A stretch of DNA of 64,000 bases, taken from NCBI GenBank assembly GCA_021735655.1, contig JAIPGM010000003.1, positions 32,001-96,000 of the forward strand, in the 5' to 3' direction. This DNA comes from Candidatus Omnitrophota bacterium. Lineage in GTDB: Bacteria > Omnitrophota > Gorgyraeia > Duberdicusellales > 4484-171. The position numbers and the translations under genes were made by a program. Of this stretch, positions 44,968 through 54,481 are shown one piece after another (within the stretch, counting starts at the first letter, position 1; each line of letters starts with the position of its first letter). The notes under the pieces are model-generated. The model was not told the DNA's origin. It was given only the letters and a program-made list of their open reading frames with translations, and did no database searches.

Positions 44968-46396
44968 AAAAAATATGAAACCTAAAGTTTTATTAATTAG
45001 TCCTCCTTTTGAGCATGAAGAAGAGTCAGTAGGCAAAACTAAAAGCATTATAAAGGTGTTAAATATTGTGCCGCCTTTAGGGATTGCTTATATTGCTGCG
45101 GTTTTAGAAAGAATCGGGATAGAAGTAAAAATAGTCGATTGTGCTACCGGAATTTCTTTCGACAGTCTTTTTAATAGCATAAAAATAGAATCTCCGGATG
45201 TAGTTGGTCTCACAGTTACTACTCCGGCATTTCTCAAAGCCAAAAAGGTAGCAGCTTTTGTCCGAAAAAATCTTCCTCAAGCAAAGATTTTGATCGGAGG
45301 CGCTCAGGTAACAGCTTTACCTAAAGAGACCCTAGAGACCGGTCTTTTTGATATTGGAATAATCGGTGAGGGAGAGTTAATTATTGAGCAGTTATTTAAA
45401 AATTATAAAAATGAAGGATTTGAGAATTTAAAAGAAGTTCCTGGTATTATTTATAGAGATGATCAAGGCATTCATCAAAATGAAAAACAGGCTTTTGTTG
45501 AGGATTTAGATTCTTTACCACTCCCGGCAAGGCATCTTTTGCCACATCCTAAATTTTATCGTCCTACTCCAGCTTCTTGTCGTAAAGTCCCTTATGTTGT
45601 GATTATGACTTCTCGTGGTTGTCCTTCAAAATGTACTTTTTGTGATCGAAAAATATTCGGTGAACGCTGCCGGATGAGAAGTGTAGCTAATATTTTTGAA
45701 GAGATAGAAGAGGTAGTATCAAAATATGGAGTAAAAGAGATAAGGTTTTTTGATGATACTTTTACTTTGGATAAAAAAAGAGTTTATAAAATTTGCGATG
45801 AATTTGAAAAGCGAAAACTTAAGCTTGCTTGGACCTGTCTTACCAAAGCAGCCTGCGTGGATGGTCCGCTACTAAAGCGAATGAGGCAGGTTGGTTGTTG
45901 GCAAGTTTTATATGGTTTTGAATCTGGTGATGACCGAGTCCTCAAACTGCTTAAAAAAGGCAATACTGTAGAGTTGAACAAAAGAGCAGTTCGTTTGACT
46001 AAAGAAGCTGGCCTTGAAGTGAGAGGGGATTTTATCGTTGGAACCCCTGGTGAAACTTGGGAGAGTTTAGAGAGAACCGTGCGTTTTGCTATAGATATGG
46101 ATTTAGATTACGCCCATTTTAATAAATTCATACCTTTTCCGGGAACAGAATTGTACCAGAATCTTAGGCAGCAGGGATATTCTTTTGATTTTTCTAAGAG
46201 TACTATATTAGACCACACTCAAATTCATTATGTTAATGAAGGTATGACTGCGGAGGGGTTTTCTCGATTTTTAGATAAAGCTAATAAAAGGTTTTACTTA
46301 AGATGGAAATATATATTAAAAAGACTATTTTCTATCCGAACTTTTCACCAGTTAAAAGGCCAAATAAACGGATTTTTTGCTATTTTTGAGATTTAA
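44957..46396 (+). CDS. B12-binding-domain radical SAM enzyme (class B rSAM, methyltransferase-like)
   Basis: N-terminal cobalamin-binding-like Rossmann domain (KVLLISPP...LGIAYIAAVLERIGIEVKIVDCATG), then CPSKCTFCDRK (CxxxCxxC) and a rSAM core. Confidence 0.75.
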   Translation: MNIKKNMKPKVLLISPPFEHEEESVGKTKSIIKVLNIVPPLGIAYIAAVLERIGIEVKIVDCATGISFDSLFNSIKIESPDVVGLTVTTPAFLKAKKVAAFVRKNLPQAKILIGGAQVTALPKETLETGLFDIGIIGEGELIIEQLFKNYKNEGFENLKEVPGIIYRDDQGIHQNEKQAFVEDLDSLPLPARHLLPHPKFYRPTPASCRKVPYVVIMTSRGCPSKCTFCDRKIFGERCRMRSVANIFEEIEEVVSKYGVKEIRFFDDTFTLDKKRVYKICDEFEKRKLKLAWTCLTKAACVDGPLLKRMRQVGCWQVLYGFESGDDRVLKLLKKGNTVELNKRAVRLTKEAGLEVRGDFIVGTPGETWESLERTVRFAIDMDLDYAHFNKFIPFPGTELYQNLRQQGYSFDFSKSTILDHTQIHYVNEGMTAEGFSRFLDKANKRFYLRWKYILKRLFSIRTFHQLKGQINGFFAIFEI

Positions 46397-47897
46397 AATG
46401 AAAAAAGACGTTGTTTTAATTTTACTTTGTTTTTTTGCAGTGGTAATCCTATTTACTAATTTAGGAGGCACCTATCTTTGGCAAGATGAAGCCACAACCG
46501 CAGTTTTAGGTAGGAACACGTTAAACTTTGGAATCCCTAAGGCTTTTGATGGAAAAAATCTTATTCTCAACATCTATGAAGATCCTTGTGTCGATAAGGG
46601 TTGGAAGTATGCTCCCTGGCTTCAATTTTATCTTGTGGCTGGATCATTTTGGTTATTAGGAGAAACCACCTTTGCTGCTCGCTTGCCTTTTGCTATATTT
46701 GGCGTTGGTGCTTTACTGTTGTGCTTTTTATTGGCCGAGCGGCTGTTTAAAAATAGATTAGTTTCAAGAATTGCTTGCGCCTTCATGGCTTTTTCCAGTA
46801 TTTTTTTCCTCTATATGCGTCAAGCCAGGTGGTATCCACTTACCACTTTTTTCACCCTTTGGCTGCTAGTTTCGTACTTAGATTTAGTCAAAAGTAAGAA
46901 GAAAGCTATTTTAGGTTTTGTGCTTAGCGCTGTATTACTTTTTCACTCTAATTACGGAATTTTCTTTTCCGTATTCTTAGGTCTAGCTTCTCATTTCTTT
47001 ATTTTTAACAGAAGTAACATTAAGGCGATTGGGATAAAAAAGATAGTATTTTGTCTTTTTATGATTACCATATTAACTTTACCTTCTTTATTGTATCTTG
47101 GTAGTGTGGAGTATAGCGGAAAGATAACCTTCGAGCGGACAGAGGACCATTTAGAATTCTATTTTCGTTCACTTAATAAGTATATTTTTCCTGTAGGATT
47201 TTTATTCTTCAGTTTAACTTTTTTTAGCTTCTTTAGGAAAAAAGTTTTTCCAATATTGGGCAAACCGTTAGATAAGCAAAACCTTTGGCTTTTGATTTGT
47301 GTATTTATTTCTACTATTTGTTTTCTTCTTTTGGCCGATGAGAGGCAATTAAGATATCTCGTGCATTTATTGCCAATTTTTTCTATTATCCTAGGAGTTT
47401 TAATTGTCGGATGGTTAAAGATAAATAAAATAGCTGCGGTTTTACTTTTTGTTATTATTTGTTTTACAAATATATTTAATCGGGGAAGTTTCTCTCATAA
47501 TAAACTATCGATTCATCCGGTTAATATAGTTTATGAATTAACCCATGATTATGACGGTCCGGTAGAAGGAATAGTAAAGTTTTTAAATCGCCAGGCAAAG
47601 CCAACAGATACGGTTAAGCTAATTTATGGTGATTATGCTACGATTTTTTATACTGATCTTCGTGTCGACAATAGTTGCTTTAAGTGTAAAACCTTTCCAG
47701 AATGGATTGTTATCAGAGATGGTTGGTTTCCTTTGAAGAATTTAGACAAAGATTATCTTAGAGAGATAAATGAGAGATATCAAAAAATAATACTGGATTA
47801 TCCTGACATAATGTGGGAGAATCGGCCCGACCCTGGTTATCATAAATTCAAAACAGTATCAGATTGGCCGCCGGTTGTAATATATAAGAAAAAATGA
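46377..47897 (+). CDS. ArnT/PMT-family GT-C glycosyltransferase (GT39/GT83-like)
   Basis: LLCFFAVVILFTNLGGTYLWQDEATTAVLGRN in the first periplasmic loop carries the conserved DE-type motif of ArnT/PMT. Multiple TM helices are followed by a C-terminal soluble domain. Confidence 0.7.
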   Translation: MLFLRFKMKKDVVLILLCFFAVVILFTNLGGTYLWQDEATTAVLGRNTLNFGIPKAFDGKNLILNIYEDPCVDKGWKYAPWLQFYLVAGSFWLLGETTFAARLPFAIFGVGALLLCFLLAERLFKNRLVSRIACAFMAFSSIFFLYMRQARWYPLTTFFTLWLLVSYLDLVKSKKKAILGFVLSAVLLFHSNYGIFFSVFLGLASHFFIFNRSNIKAIGIKKIVFCLFMITILTLPSLLYLGSVEYSGKITFERTEDHLEFYFRSLNKYIFPVGFLFFSLTFFSFFRKKVFPILGKPLDKQNLWLLICVFISTICFLLLADERQLRYLVHLLPIFSIILGVLIVGWLKINKIAAVLLFVIICFTNIFNRGSFSHNKLSIHPVNIVYELTHDYDGPVEGIVKFLNRQAKPTDTVKLIYGDYATIFYTDLRVDNSCFKCKTFPEWIVIRDGWFPLKNLDKDYLREINERYQKIILDYPDIMWENRPDPGYHKFKTVSDWPPVVIYKKK

Positions 47898-48916
47898 GCT
47901 GCGACATTATTATTCCGGTTTGGAATCTGATTGATTTTACAAGAGATTGTATAGAGAGCGTATTGAGCCAGACAGAATACCCTTTTCATTTGATTGTTAT
48001 TGATAACGGCAGCGATAGTGAAACTAAAGAATATTTATTCAAGTTGGCTCAACAAAGAAAGAACGAAATTACCCTGATTAGAAATGAAAATAATCTAGGA
48101 TTTATTAAAGCAACTAATCAGGGAATAAGAGCCTCTAAGGCCCCTTATTTATGTCTTTTAAATAACGATACAATAGTCACTAAGGGTTGGCTTAGAGAAA
48201 TGGTTAAATTGGCAACTAGCAGAGAAGATATAGGCATAGTCAATCCTAGTAGTAATACTTTAGGTTGTAATCCAAAGCGCGGAGATTCTTTGGAGTCGTT
48301 TGCCGAGGAGCGGAAATCTTACTCGGGAGAATATTCTGAACTAGCCTGGGCAACTGGATTTTGTATGTTGATTAAACGTAAAATTATTGAAGAGGTAGGG
48401 TTGCTTGATGAAGTATATGGAATGGGTAATTTCGAAGACGCTGATTTTTGCAAAAGAGCTCAAAAACAAGGTTATCTATCTGTTTGCGCCAAGGCTGCCT
48501 ATGTTCATCATCAAGAAAGACGTTCATTTATAAGATTTAAGAAATTCAACCAGAACTTTGAGGACAATAAACAGACCTTCTATGCTAAATGGGGAAGCTT
48601 AAAGCGCATACTTTATGTTTTGAATAAAGAAGACCATCTTTATATAGAAAGAATAGGAGCCGAAGCTTTAAAATTGGCCCGTGAGGGAAATATTGTTTGG
48701 ATTTTTTCAAAAGGCAGAGATAAGTTAGAGATTAGAAAGCACTCTAATATTTATGTCTATAATCGCCCAAAGCCTTTTTTTAATTTAACTAATTTTTTGA
48801 TTATTTTGAAACGTAAGAAGAAATTTGATAAGATATACGTAAATAGCAAGAGTTATGCTAAAAGGTTAAACAGTTTTAAATATATTCATAAAGCAGAGGT
48901 GATCTGCGCAGAATAA
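47894..48916 (+). CDS. Family 2 glycosyltransferase with C-terminal extension
   Basis: IIIPVWNLIDFTRDCIESVLSQTEYPFHLIVIDNGSDSET and an NND (DxD-like) motif. Confidence 0.7.
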   Translation: MSCDIIIPVWNLIDFTRDCIESVLSQTEYPFHLIVIDNGSDSETKEYLFKLAQQRKNEITLIRNENNLGFIKATNQGIRASKAPYLCLLNNDTIVTKGWLREMVKLATSREDIGIVNPSSNTLGCNPKRGDSLESFAEERKSYSGEYSELAWATGFCMLIKRKIIEEVGLLDEVYGMGNFEDADFCKRAQKQGYLSVCAKAAYVHHQERRSFIRFKKFNQNFEDNKQTFYAKWGSLKRILYVLNKEDHLYIERIGAEALKLAREGNIVWIFSKGRDKLEIRKHSNIYVYNRPKPFFNLTNFLIILKRKKKFDKIYVNSKSYAKRLNSFKYIHKAEVICAE

Positions 48917-48966
48917 GGCCTTATATTTTAAAAGAGCATACAAAGAAGCCTTTAAGGGAGAAAAAA

Positions 48967-49974
48967 ATGAAGAGAATTGGAATTATCGGTTGTGGACATT
49001 GGGGCCCGAATTATCTGCGTAATTTTAGTCAGTTAGAAGATTCATCAGTATTAGTTTGTTGTGACTTATCAAAAGATAATTTAGATAAGGTTAAGAAACA
49101 CTACAGATCGATAGAGGTTGTTGAAGATTACAAGGATGTGCTTAGGGACAAGCGTATTGATGCGGTTGTCATTGCTACTCCTGCTCGAACTCATTATAAA
49201 ATCGCTAAAGATGCACTTTCAGCCGGTAAGCATATTTTATTAGAAAAGCCAATGGCTTTAAACTATGCAGATTGTAAAAAGTTGGTCAATTTGGCAAAAG
49301 AAAAGAAAAGAATCCTTATGGTTGGTCACACTTTTTTGTTTAATCCGGCTGTAAGAAAGTTGAAGGATTATATAAAAAAAGGTGCTGTGGGAAAGATTTA
49401 TTATTTGCATGCAACCAGGACACATTTAGGTTTAGTCCGTAACGATGTAAATGTGAGTTGGGATTTAGTACCACATGATATATCTATATTTTCTTATTTA
49501 TTAGGAGAAATGCCGATTAGTGTTTCAGCTTTGGGCGGATCCTTTTTGAGAAGTCCGAAACAAGATGTAGTGTTTATTAATTTAATTTACCCGAAGGGTA
49601 TAATTGCTAATATTCATGCTAGCTGGGCCGATTCCAATAAGGTTAGAGAAATTCAGGTAATCGGCAGTCGGGCCAGAGTGGTTTTTGATGATTTAAATAG
49701 TATGGAAAAGATAAAACTGTACAAGAAAGGAATATCTGTAGATAAGTCATATGCCAATTTTGGTGAATTCCAATTACTTTTAAGAGACGGCGATATTCTT
49801 AGTCCCAAAATTGGTCCCGAGGAACCGCTACGACTTCAATGCCAACATTTTTTAAACTGTCTTAAAAACGGAAAGAAGCCATTTGTTGATGGAGAAGACG
49901 GTGCGAGTGTTGTTAAGATAATGAATGCAATAAATAAATCTTTAGTATTGGGAGCTAGGGTGGTTAAAGTATGA
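48967..49974 (+). CDS. Gfo/Idh/MocA family NAD-dependent sugar-nucleotide oxidoreductase (WbpB/GnnA-like)
   Basis: MKRIGIIGCGHWGPNYL Rossmann start and a central EKPMA motif. Confidence 0.75.
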   Translation: MKRIGIIGCGHWGPNYLRNFSQLEDSSVLVCCDLSKDNLDKVKKHYRSIEVVEDYKDVLRDKRIDAVVIATPARTHYKIAKDALSAGKHILLEKPMALNYADCKKLVNLAKEKKRILMVGHTFLFNPAVRKLKDYIKKGAVGKIYYLHATRTHLGLVRNDVNVSWDLVPHDISIFSYLLGEMPISVSALGGSFLRSPKQDVVFINLIYPKGIIANIHASWADSNKVREIQVIGSRARVVFDDLNSMEKIKLYKKGISVDKSYANFGEFQLLLRDGDILSPKIGPEEPLRLQCQHFLNCLKNGKKPFVDGEDGASVVKIMNAINKSLVLGARVVKV

Positions 49975-50579
49975 AAACGAAGAATTTCTTAATTGGAAAA
50001 AATTCTAAAATTGATAAATCGGTAATCTTAGGTGAGAAAACAGGCAGGAAAATTAAGATTTCAAAGACGATTATCGGAAAAGATGCAAGGGTAAGGTCAA
50101 ATACGGTTATTTATTCAAATACTAAGATTGGCGATGGATTGGAGACAGGGCACAATGTTGTGATTCGCGAACAAAACAAAATCGGCAATAATTTAAGTAT
50201 TTGGAATAACTCTACCATTGATTATGGATGTGAAATTGGCAATAATGTTAAGATCCACGCCAATACTTATGTAGCTCAGTTTACTGTCATTGAAGATGAT
50301 GTTTTTCTAGCTCCCGGGGTAATGATTGCAAATGATCCTCATCCTATCTGTACAAAATGCATGAAAGGCCCATTAATAAAAAAAGGGGCACGGATCGGGG
50401 TGAATGTTACGCTTTTACCTAATATTGTAATTGGGGAAAATTCTTTAGTTGGAGCCGGCAGCGTTGTCACTAAGGATGTTGCGGCTAACGTGGTAGTTTT
50501 TGGCTCACCGGCAAAAGTAGGCGGAAGAATTAAAGATTTAAAGTGCAAAGCAAGAATAAAGGATAGAGCCTATGAGTAA
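49971..50579 (+). CDS. Hexapeptide-repeat N-acetyltransferase (WbpD-like)
   Basis: Repeated [LIV]-G-x4 hexapeptides throughout ([31 protein letters not shown]...[13 protein letters not shown]...). Confidence 0.75.
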   Translation: MKTKNFLIGKNSKIDKSVILGEKTGRKIKISKTIIGKDARVRSNTVIYSNTKIGDGLETGHNVVIREQNKIGNNLSIWNNSTIDYGCEIGNNVKIHANTYVAQFTVIEDDVFLAPGVMIANDPHPICTKCMKGPLIKKGARIGVNVTLLPNIVIGENSLVGAGSVVTKDVAANVVVFGSPAKVGGRIKDLKCKARIKDRAYE

Positions 50580-51693
50580 TAATAAGATGAACGTTCCTTT
50601 TGTGGATTTACAGATTCAATATCGTAAGTTGAGCAAGGAAATCAATCAACGGTTAATTGAAACAGTTGAAAGCGGTTCTTTTATTTTAGGTGAAAGTGTT
50701 CAAAAGTTTGAGCAGGAATTTGCTAATTATTGTGGCGCAAAACATGCTGTAGGTATTGCTTCGGGAACTGCTGCTTTATTTTTGTCTCTAAAAAGCTTAG
50801 GAGTCGGCAGGGGAGATGAAGTAATTACTCCGGCAAATACATTTATTGCAACAGCCTTAGCTATTTATTATACCGGAGCAAAGATTATCTTAGTAGACAT
50901 AGATGAAGAAACCTATAATTTAGATATAAAAAAGACAGAAGCGGTAATAAATAGCAAAACCAAAGCTATCCTACCAGTGCATCTTTATGGTCAACCGATA
51001 GATTTAGAGCCTTTACTTGCTTTAGCTAAGAAACACAACTTAATAGTTGTTGAGGATGCTTGCCAGGCTCACGGTGCTGAATATAAAGGCAAAAAGGTGG
51101 GAGGATTCGGTAACGCTGCAGCCTTTAGCTTTTATCCTGGTAAAAATTTAGGTGCTTTTGGTGATGCCGGTATAGTAGTGACTAACGATGAAAAGGTTAA
51201 AGATGAATTGATCATGTTGAGAAACTATGGCCAGAAACAAAAGTATCATCATTTAGTAAAAGGGTATAATTCTCGTTTAGATACAATTCAGGCAGAAATA
51301 TTGAGAGTTAAGCTTGGCTATTTAGACCAATGTAATGAAGAGCGAAGAAAAAGTGCTCAAGTTTATAAAACCTTGCTTCAAAGCATCAGTGACCGTATCT
51401 TAATTCCTAAAGAAATGTCATCAGTAAAACATGTTTGGCATCTTTATGTAATTAGGGCAGAAAAAAGAGATGACTTACAGGAATATCTTAAAAAGGCAGG
51501 GATTAGTACCGGTATACATTATCCTATTCCGATTCATTTGCAGCCGGCTTTTTCTGATTTAGATTATAAGAAGGGAGACCTTCCTGTTACAGAAAAGACT
51601 GCTGATCAGATTCTTTCTTTGCCGATGTACCCAGGGTTAAAAGAAGAGCAAATTGAATATGTTGTGAAAAAAATAAGTGATTTTTTGCAGTAA
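50572..51693 (+). CDS. DegT family aminotransferase (WbpE/GnnB-like)
   Basis: [29 protein letters not shown], and [15 protein letters not shown] with the PLP Lys. Confidence 0.8.
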   Translation: MSNNKMNVPFVDLQIQYRKLSKEINQRLIETVESGSFILGESVQKFEQEFANYCGAKHAVGIASGTAALFLSLKSLGVGRGDEVITPANTFIATALAIYYTGAKIILVDIDEETYNLDIKKTEAVINSKTKAILPVHLYGQPIDLEPLLALAKKHNLIVVEDACQAHGAEYKGKKVGGFGNAAAFSFYPGKNLGAFGDAGIVVTNDEKVKDELIMLRNYGQKQKYHHLVKGYNSRLDTIQAEILRVKLGYLDQCNEERRKSAQVYKTLLQSISDRILIPKEMSSVKHVWHLYVIRAEKRDDLQEYLKKAGISTGIHYPIPIHLQPAFSDLDYKKGDLPVTEKTADQILSLPMYPGLKEEQIEYVVKKISDFLQ

Positions 51694-51709
51694 GCAACCT
51701 AGTTGATAA

Positions 51710-52807
51710 ATGAAGCTATTTTTTAAATCTTGGCAGAAAAAAAGTAAAAAGAAGAGAATTCTTTTTGCTGGAGTCTGCCATGCTAATTTCATACAGTTTA
51801 GGCCAATTTATGAGATCCTTAAGCAGGATCCAAGAGTTGAAATTTTATTCTCTGGTATGTATCAAAGTAAAGACCGGCCGCGTGAACTCTATAAACCTTT
51901 TAATATAGATAAGAAATTCATCATAAGAGAAAAGTTCGCAAAAACTTTGAGTTTTGACATCTATATTAGCCCAGATTATCACATGATTGACAATAACTAT
52001 TCTTCAACTATTCAGTTTTTTCACACCACTTCTTTTAGAAATTTCTCAGTTAGTGAAGAGGCAAAAAGCTTTGATCAGATTTTTTTAATTGGGCCGTACA
52101 TGAAGCGTAAGTTTATCGAGGCAGGTATTTTTGAAGTTGATGATCCGAGATTAAAAGAAGTAGGCATGCCGCAAACAGATGCTCTTTTAGATAATATCGA
52201 CACTGGTTTGTCTGAGAGACTTGGCTTAGATAAGAGTCTTCCGACTATACTTTACGCTCCAGTCTGGGCGCCGATAGAGAGCTTTCTTGAAGATGTTCAA
52301 ACAACACTTAAAACTTTAACCTCAATTAAGGCTAATCTTCTTCTTAAGTTGCACGATAAATTTTATTATCAACAGGTAAATAAAATTAGATGGCGGGAGT
52401 TTTTGAATTTGGTGCTAAGCGAGAATAAGAATGTACATTTAATAGATGATTTTGATATTATACCTTACATGAAAATTAGTGATTTGCTTGTCAGCGACGT
52501 TAGTGCTGTTGTACATCAGTTTTCTATATTAGATAAGCCAATAGTATGCATGAAGGTAGATGTTGATGAGTTTAAAAAGTTCTGGCCAGGGCTTGATCAT
52601 AAAGCCTATTTAGATCGCGCGGTAATAGAAGCTTCTCAAGGAGAGGCTTTAAAAGAGGCAGTTTTGGGAGAACTTGCTAATCCTGGCAATTTGAGTCAAA
52701 AACGGATAGCCATGAGTAAAGAGTATTTTTATAATATTGGGTTTTCTGCAAAATGCGCAGTTTCGCAAATTTATCAGTCTTTTAATCTAAAGAATACAGA
52801 TGAATAA
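51710..52807 (+). CDS. CDP-glycerol glycerophosphotransferase family protein (TagB/TagF-like)
   Basis: The TILYAPVWAP segment resembles the TagF-family ...LYAPT[WF]R core. It is followed by a GT-B-like C-terminal half. Confidence 0.5.
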   Translation: MKLFFKSWQKKSKKKRILFAGVCHANFIQFRPIYEILKQDPRVEILFSGMYQSKDRPRELYKPFNIDKKFIIREKFAKTLSFDIYISPDYHMIDNNYSSTIQFFHTTSFRNFSVSEEAKSFDQIFLIGPYMKRKFIEAGIFEVDDPRLKEVGMPQTDALLDNIDTGLSERLGLDKSLPTILYAPVWAPIESFLEDVQTTLKTLTSIKANLLLKLHDKFYYQQVNKIRWREFLNLVLSENKNVHLIDDFDIIPYMKISDLLVSDVSAVVHQFSILDKPIVCMKVDVDEFKKFWPGLDHKAYLDRAVIEASQGEALKEAVLGELANPGNLSQKRIAMSKEYFYNIGFSAKCAVSQIYQSFNLKNTDE

Positions 52808-53903
52808 AAAGCCGCTTTCCTCAAAAAATAGTTTCTTAGTTAAACTGAAAGTCAGCCAAGAAATCCTTATGGATGCCGAGCAAATAGCTATAGGTGGGTA
52901 CGCTCCAGTTGATGGTTTTATGGGAAAGGCTGACTTTGAATCAGTTTTGAATAATATGCGCCTTGTAAAAGGTGATGTTTGGACTTTGCCAATAGTGTTA
53001 GATATAAGTAAAAAAGAAGCAGCATCAATTAAAATCGGGGATGAAATATTGCTTGGTGACGGCCAGGATCAGGAAAATTTTCTTTTTTCTGTGGAAGATA
53101 TTTATGAACATGATAAATCTTTGTATTGCGATAAGGTTTATGGTACTAAAGATGTAGCTCATTCAGGAGTAGCAAAGGTGCTTAAGATGGGAGAGGTCCT
53201 TGTAGGGGGCCGGGTTATATCGGTTTTAAATAATTTTGATTTTGATATGCGTAAATTCACCATGACCCCGAAAGAGACAAAAGCCCAGTTTGAAAAAAAT
53301 AATTGGAAAACGGTTGTTGCTTTTCATACCCGGAATGTGGTGCACAGAGCCCATGAGTATCTTCAGCGCTGTGCTATGGAATATGCCGATGGAATTTTGA
53401 TCCATCCTGCGGTTGGCTTTACAAAACCCGGTGATTTCAAGAAAGAGCTTATAATAAAGGGCTATCAAAGTTTAATTGATAACTATTATCCAAAAAATAA
53501 AGCTCTTCTCTCGGCTTTGGGCATAGGCATGAAATTTGCCGGGCCAAGAGAAGCTGTATTTCATGCCTTGGTGCGGAAAAATTATGGTTGTACACATATA
53601 ATTATTGGTAGAGATCATGCTGGCGTAGGCGGATACTATGAGAAGTATGCCGGACATAAGATATTTTCTAGTTTGCCATCTTTGGGCATAACCCCTTTAT
53701 TATTTAAGGGACCGTTTTATTGCAATAAATGTGAAGCTATGGCTACCGAAAGCACCTGCTCGCATGATGAGTCTTATAGGTCAGAAGTCAGCGGAACATT
53801 AGCTCGTAAATTCATAAAGGAAAAGAAAAAGCTCCCTAAGTGGCTGATGCGTCCTGAAATCGCAAACTTGCTTGAAGACCTCGGTGAAAGCGTTTTTTCT
53901 TAA
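52800..53903 (+). CDS. sat: Sulfate adenylyltransferase (ATP sulfurylase)
   Basis: FHTRNVVHRAHEYL (QTRN...HRAH motif) and IIIGRDHAGVGGYY (GRDHAG motif) are diagnostic of ATP sulfurylase. No APS-kinase domain is fused or adjacent. Confidence 0.8.
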   Translation: MNKKPLSSKNSFLVKLKVSQEILMDAEQIAIGGYAPVDGFMGKADFESVLNNMRLVKGDVWTLPIVLDISKKEAASIKIGDEILLGDGQDQENFLFSVEDIYEHDKSLYCDKVYGTKDVAHSGVAKVLKMGEVLVGGRVISVLNNFDFDMRKFTMTPKETKAQFEKNNWKTVVAFHTRNVVHRAHEYLQRCAMEYADGILIHPAVGFTKPGDFKKELIIKGYQSLIDNYYPKNKALLSALGIGMKFAGPREAVFHALVRKNYGCTHIIIGRDHAGVGGYYEKYAGHKIFSSLPSLGITPLLFKGPFYCNKCEAMATESTCSHDESYRSEVSGTLARKFIKEKKKLPKWLMRPEIANLLEDLGESVFS

Positions 53904-53926
53904 AACTTAAATAAGGAGTAAACAAG

Positions 53927-54469
53927 ATGTTAATAATTTCACAACATGCAAGATTGTTGCATATTCCTTTTCCTGATACTGCTGTATTTAGGGTAAATGT
54001 TGCTTGGATTAAAAGTCAGGAAGAGTTATTCAGCTTACTAAAGCAAATTAAGAATGATGTATTTTTGGATTTTCCTGAAGGGCGATTCAAACCGCCGATC
54101 CCTATTTTAGGTTTAGACGATTTATTGGGAGCCATGGATAGGTTTGACAATATAAAATATTTTGGGGTGACCAATGTGACAGCAGCCGAACAAATTATTG
54201 AAATGAGAAAGAAAGTTCCTCAGAGAGTAATATTAATACCTAAGGTGGAGTCAAGAGAAGGAATAGACAATTTAGAAAAGATACTTGGCCAGCTAGAAAA
54301 GGGTGAAAAATTTATAATGCTAGATAAAGAGGATCTATATACTGATTTAAAGGAGCATAAGGAATTATTTGAACAATATGTTCAGTTGGTAAAAGATAAA
54401 TGCAGGAAAAATAATATTAGCGTGCTTGAGTTGCAAGGTGTGATATTTGCAGCGAATGAAGACTTATAA
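53927..54469 (+). CDS. Hypothetical 180-aa protein; LIPKVESREGIDNLEKIL resembles the active-site strand of the pyruvate-kinase/HpcH TIM-barrel superfamily
   Basis: ORF with an AAGGAG RBS. The motif is comparable to pyruvate kinase IISKIEN.EGV.N.DEIL, but the protein is too short to be a complete barrel. Confidence 0.3.
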   Translation: MLIISQHARLLHIPFPDTAVFRVNVAWIKSQEELFSLLKQIKNDVFLDFPEGRFKPPIPILGLDDLLGAMDRFDNIKYFGVTNVTAAEQIIEMRKKVPQRVILIPKVESREGIDNLEKILGQLEKGEKFIMLDKEDLYTDLKEHKELFEQYVQLVKDKCRKNNISVLELQGVIFAANEDL

Positions 54470-54481
54470 GAGGATTATGGA

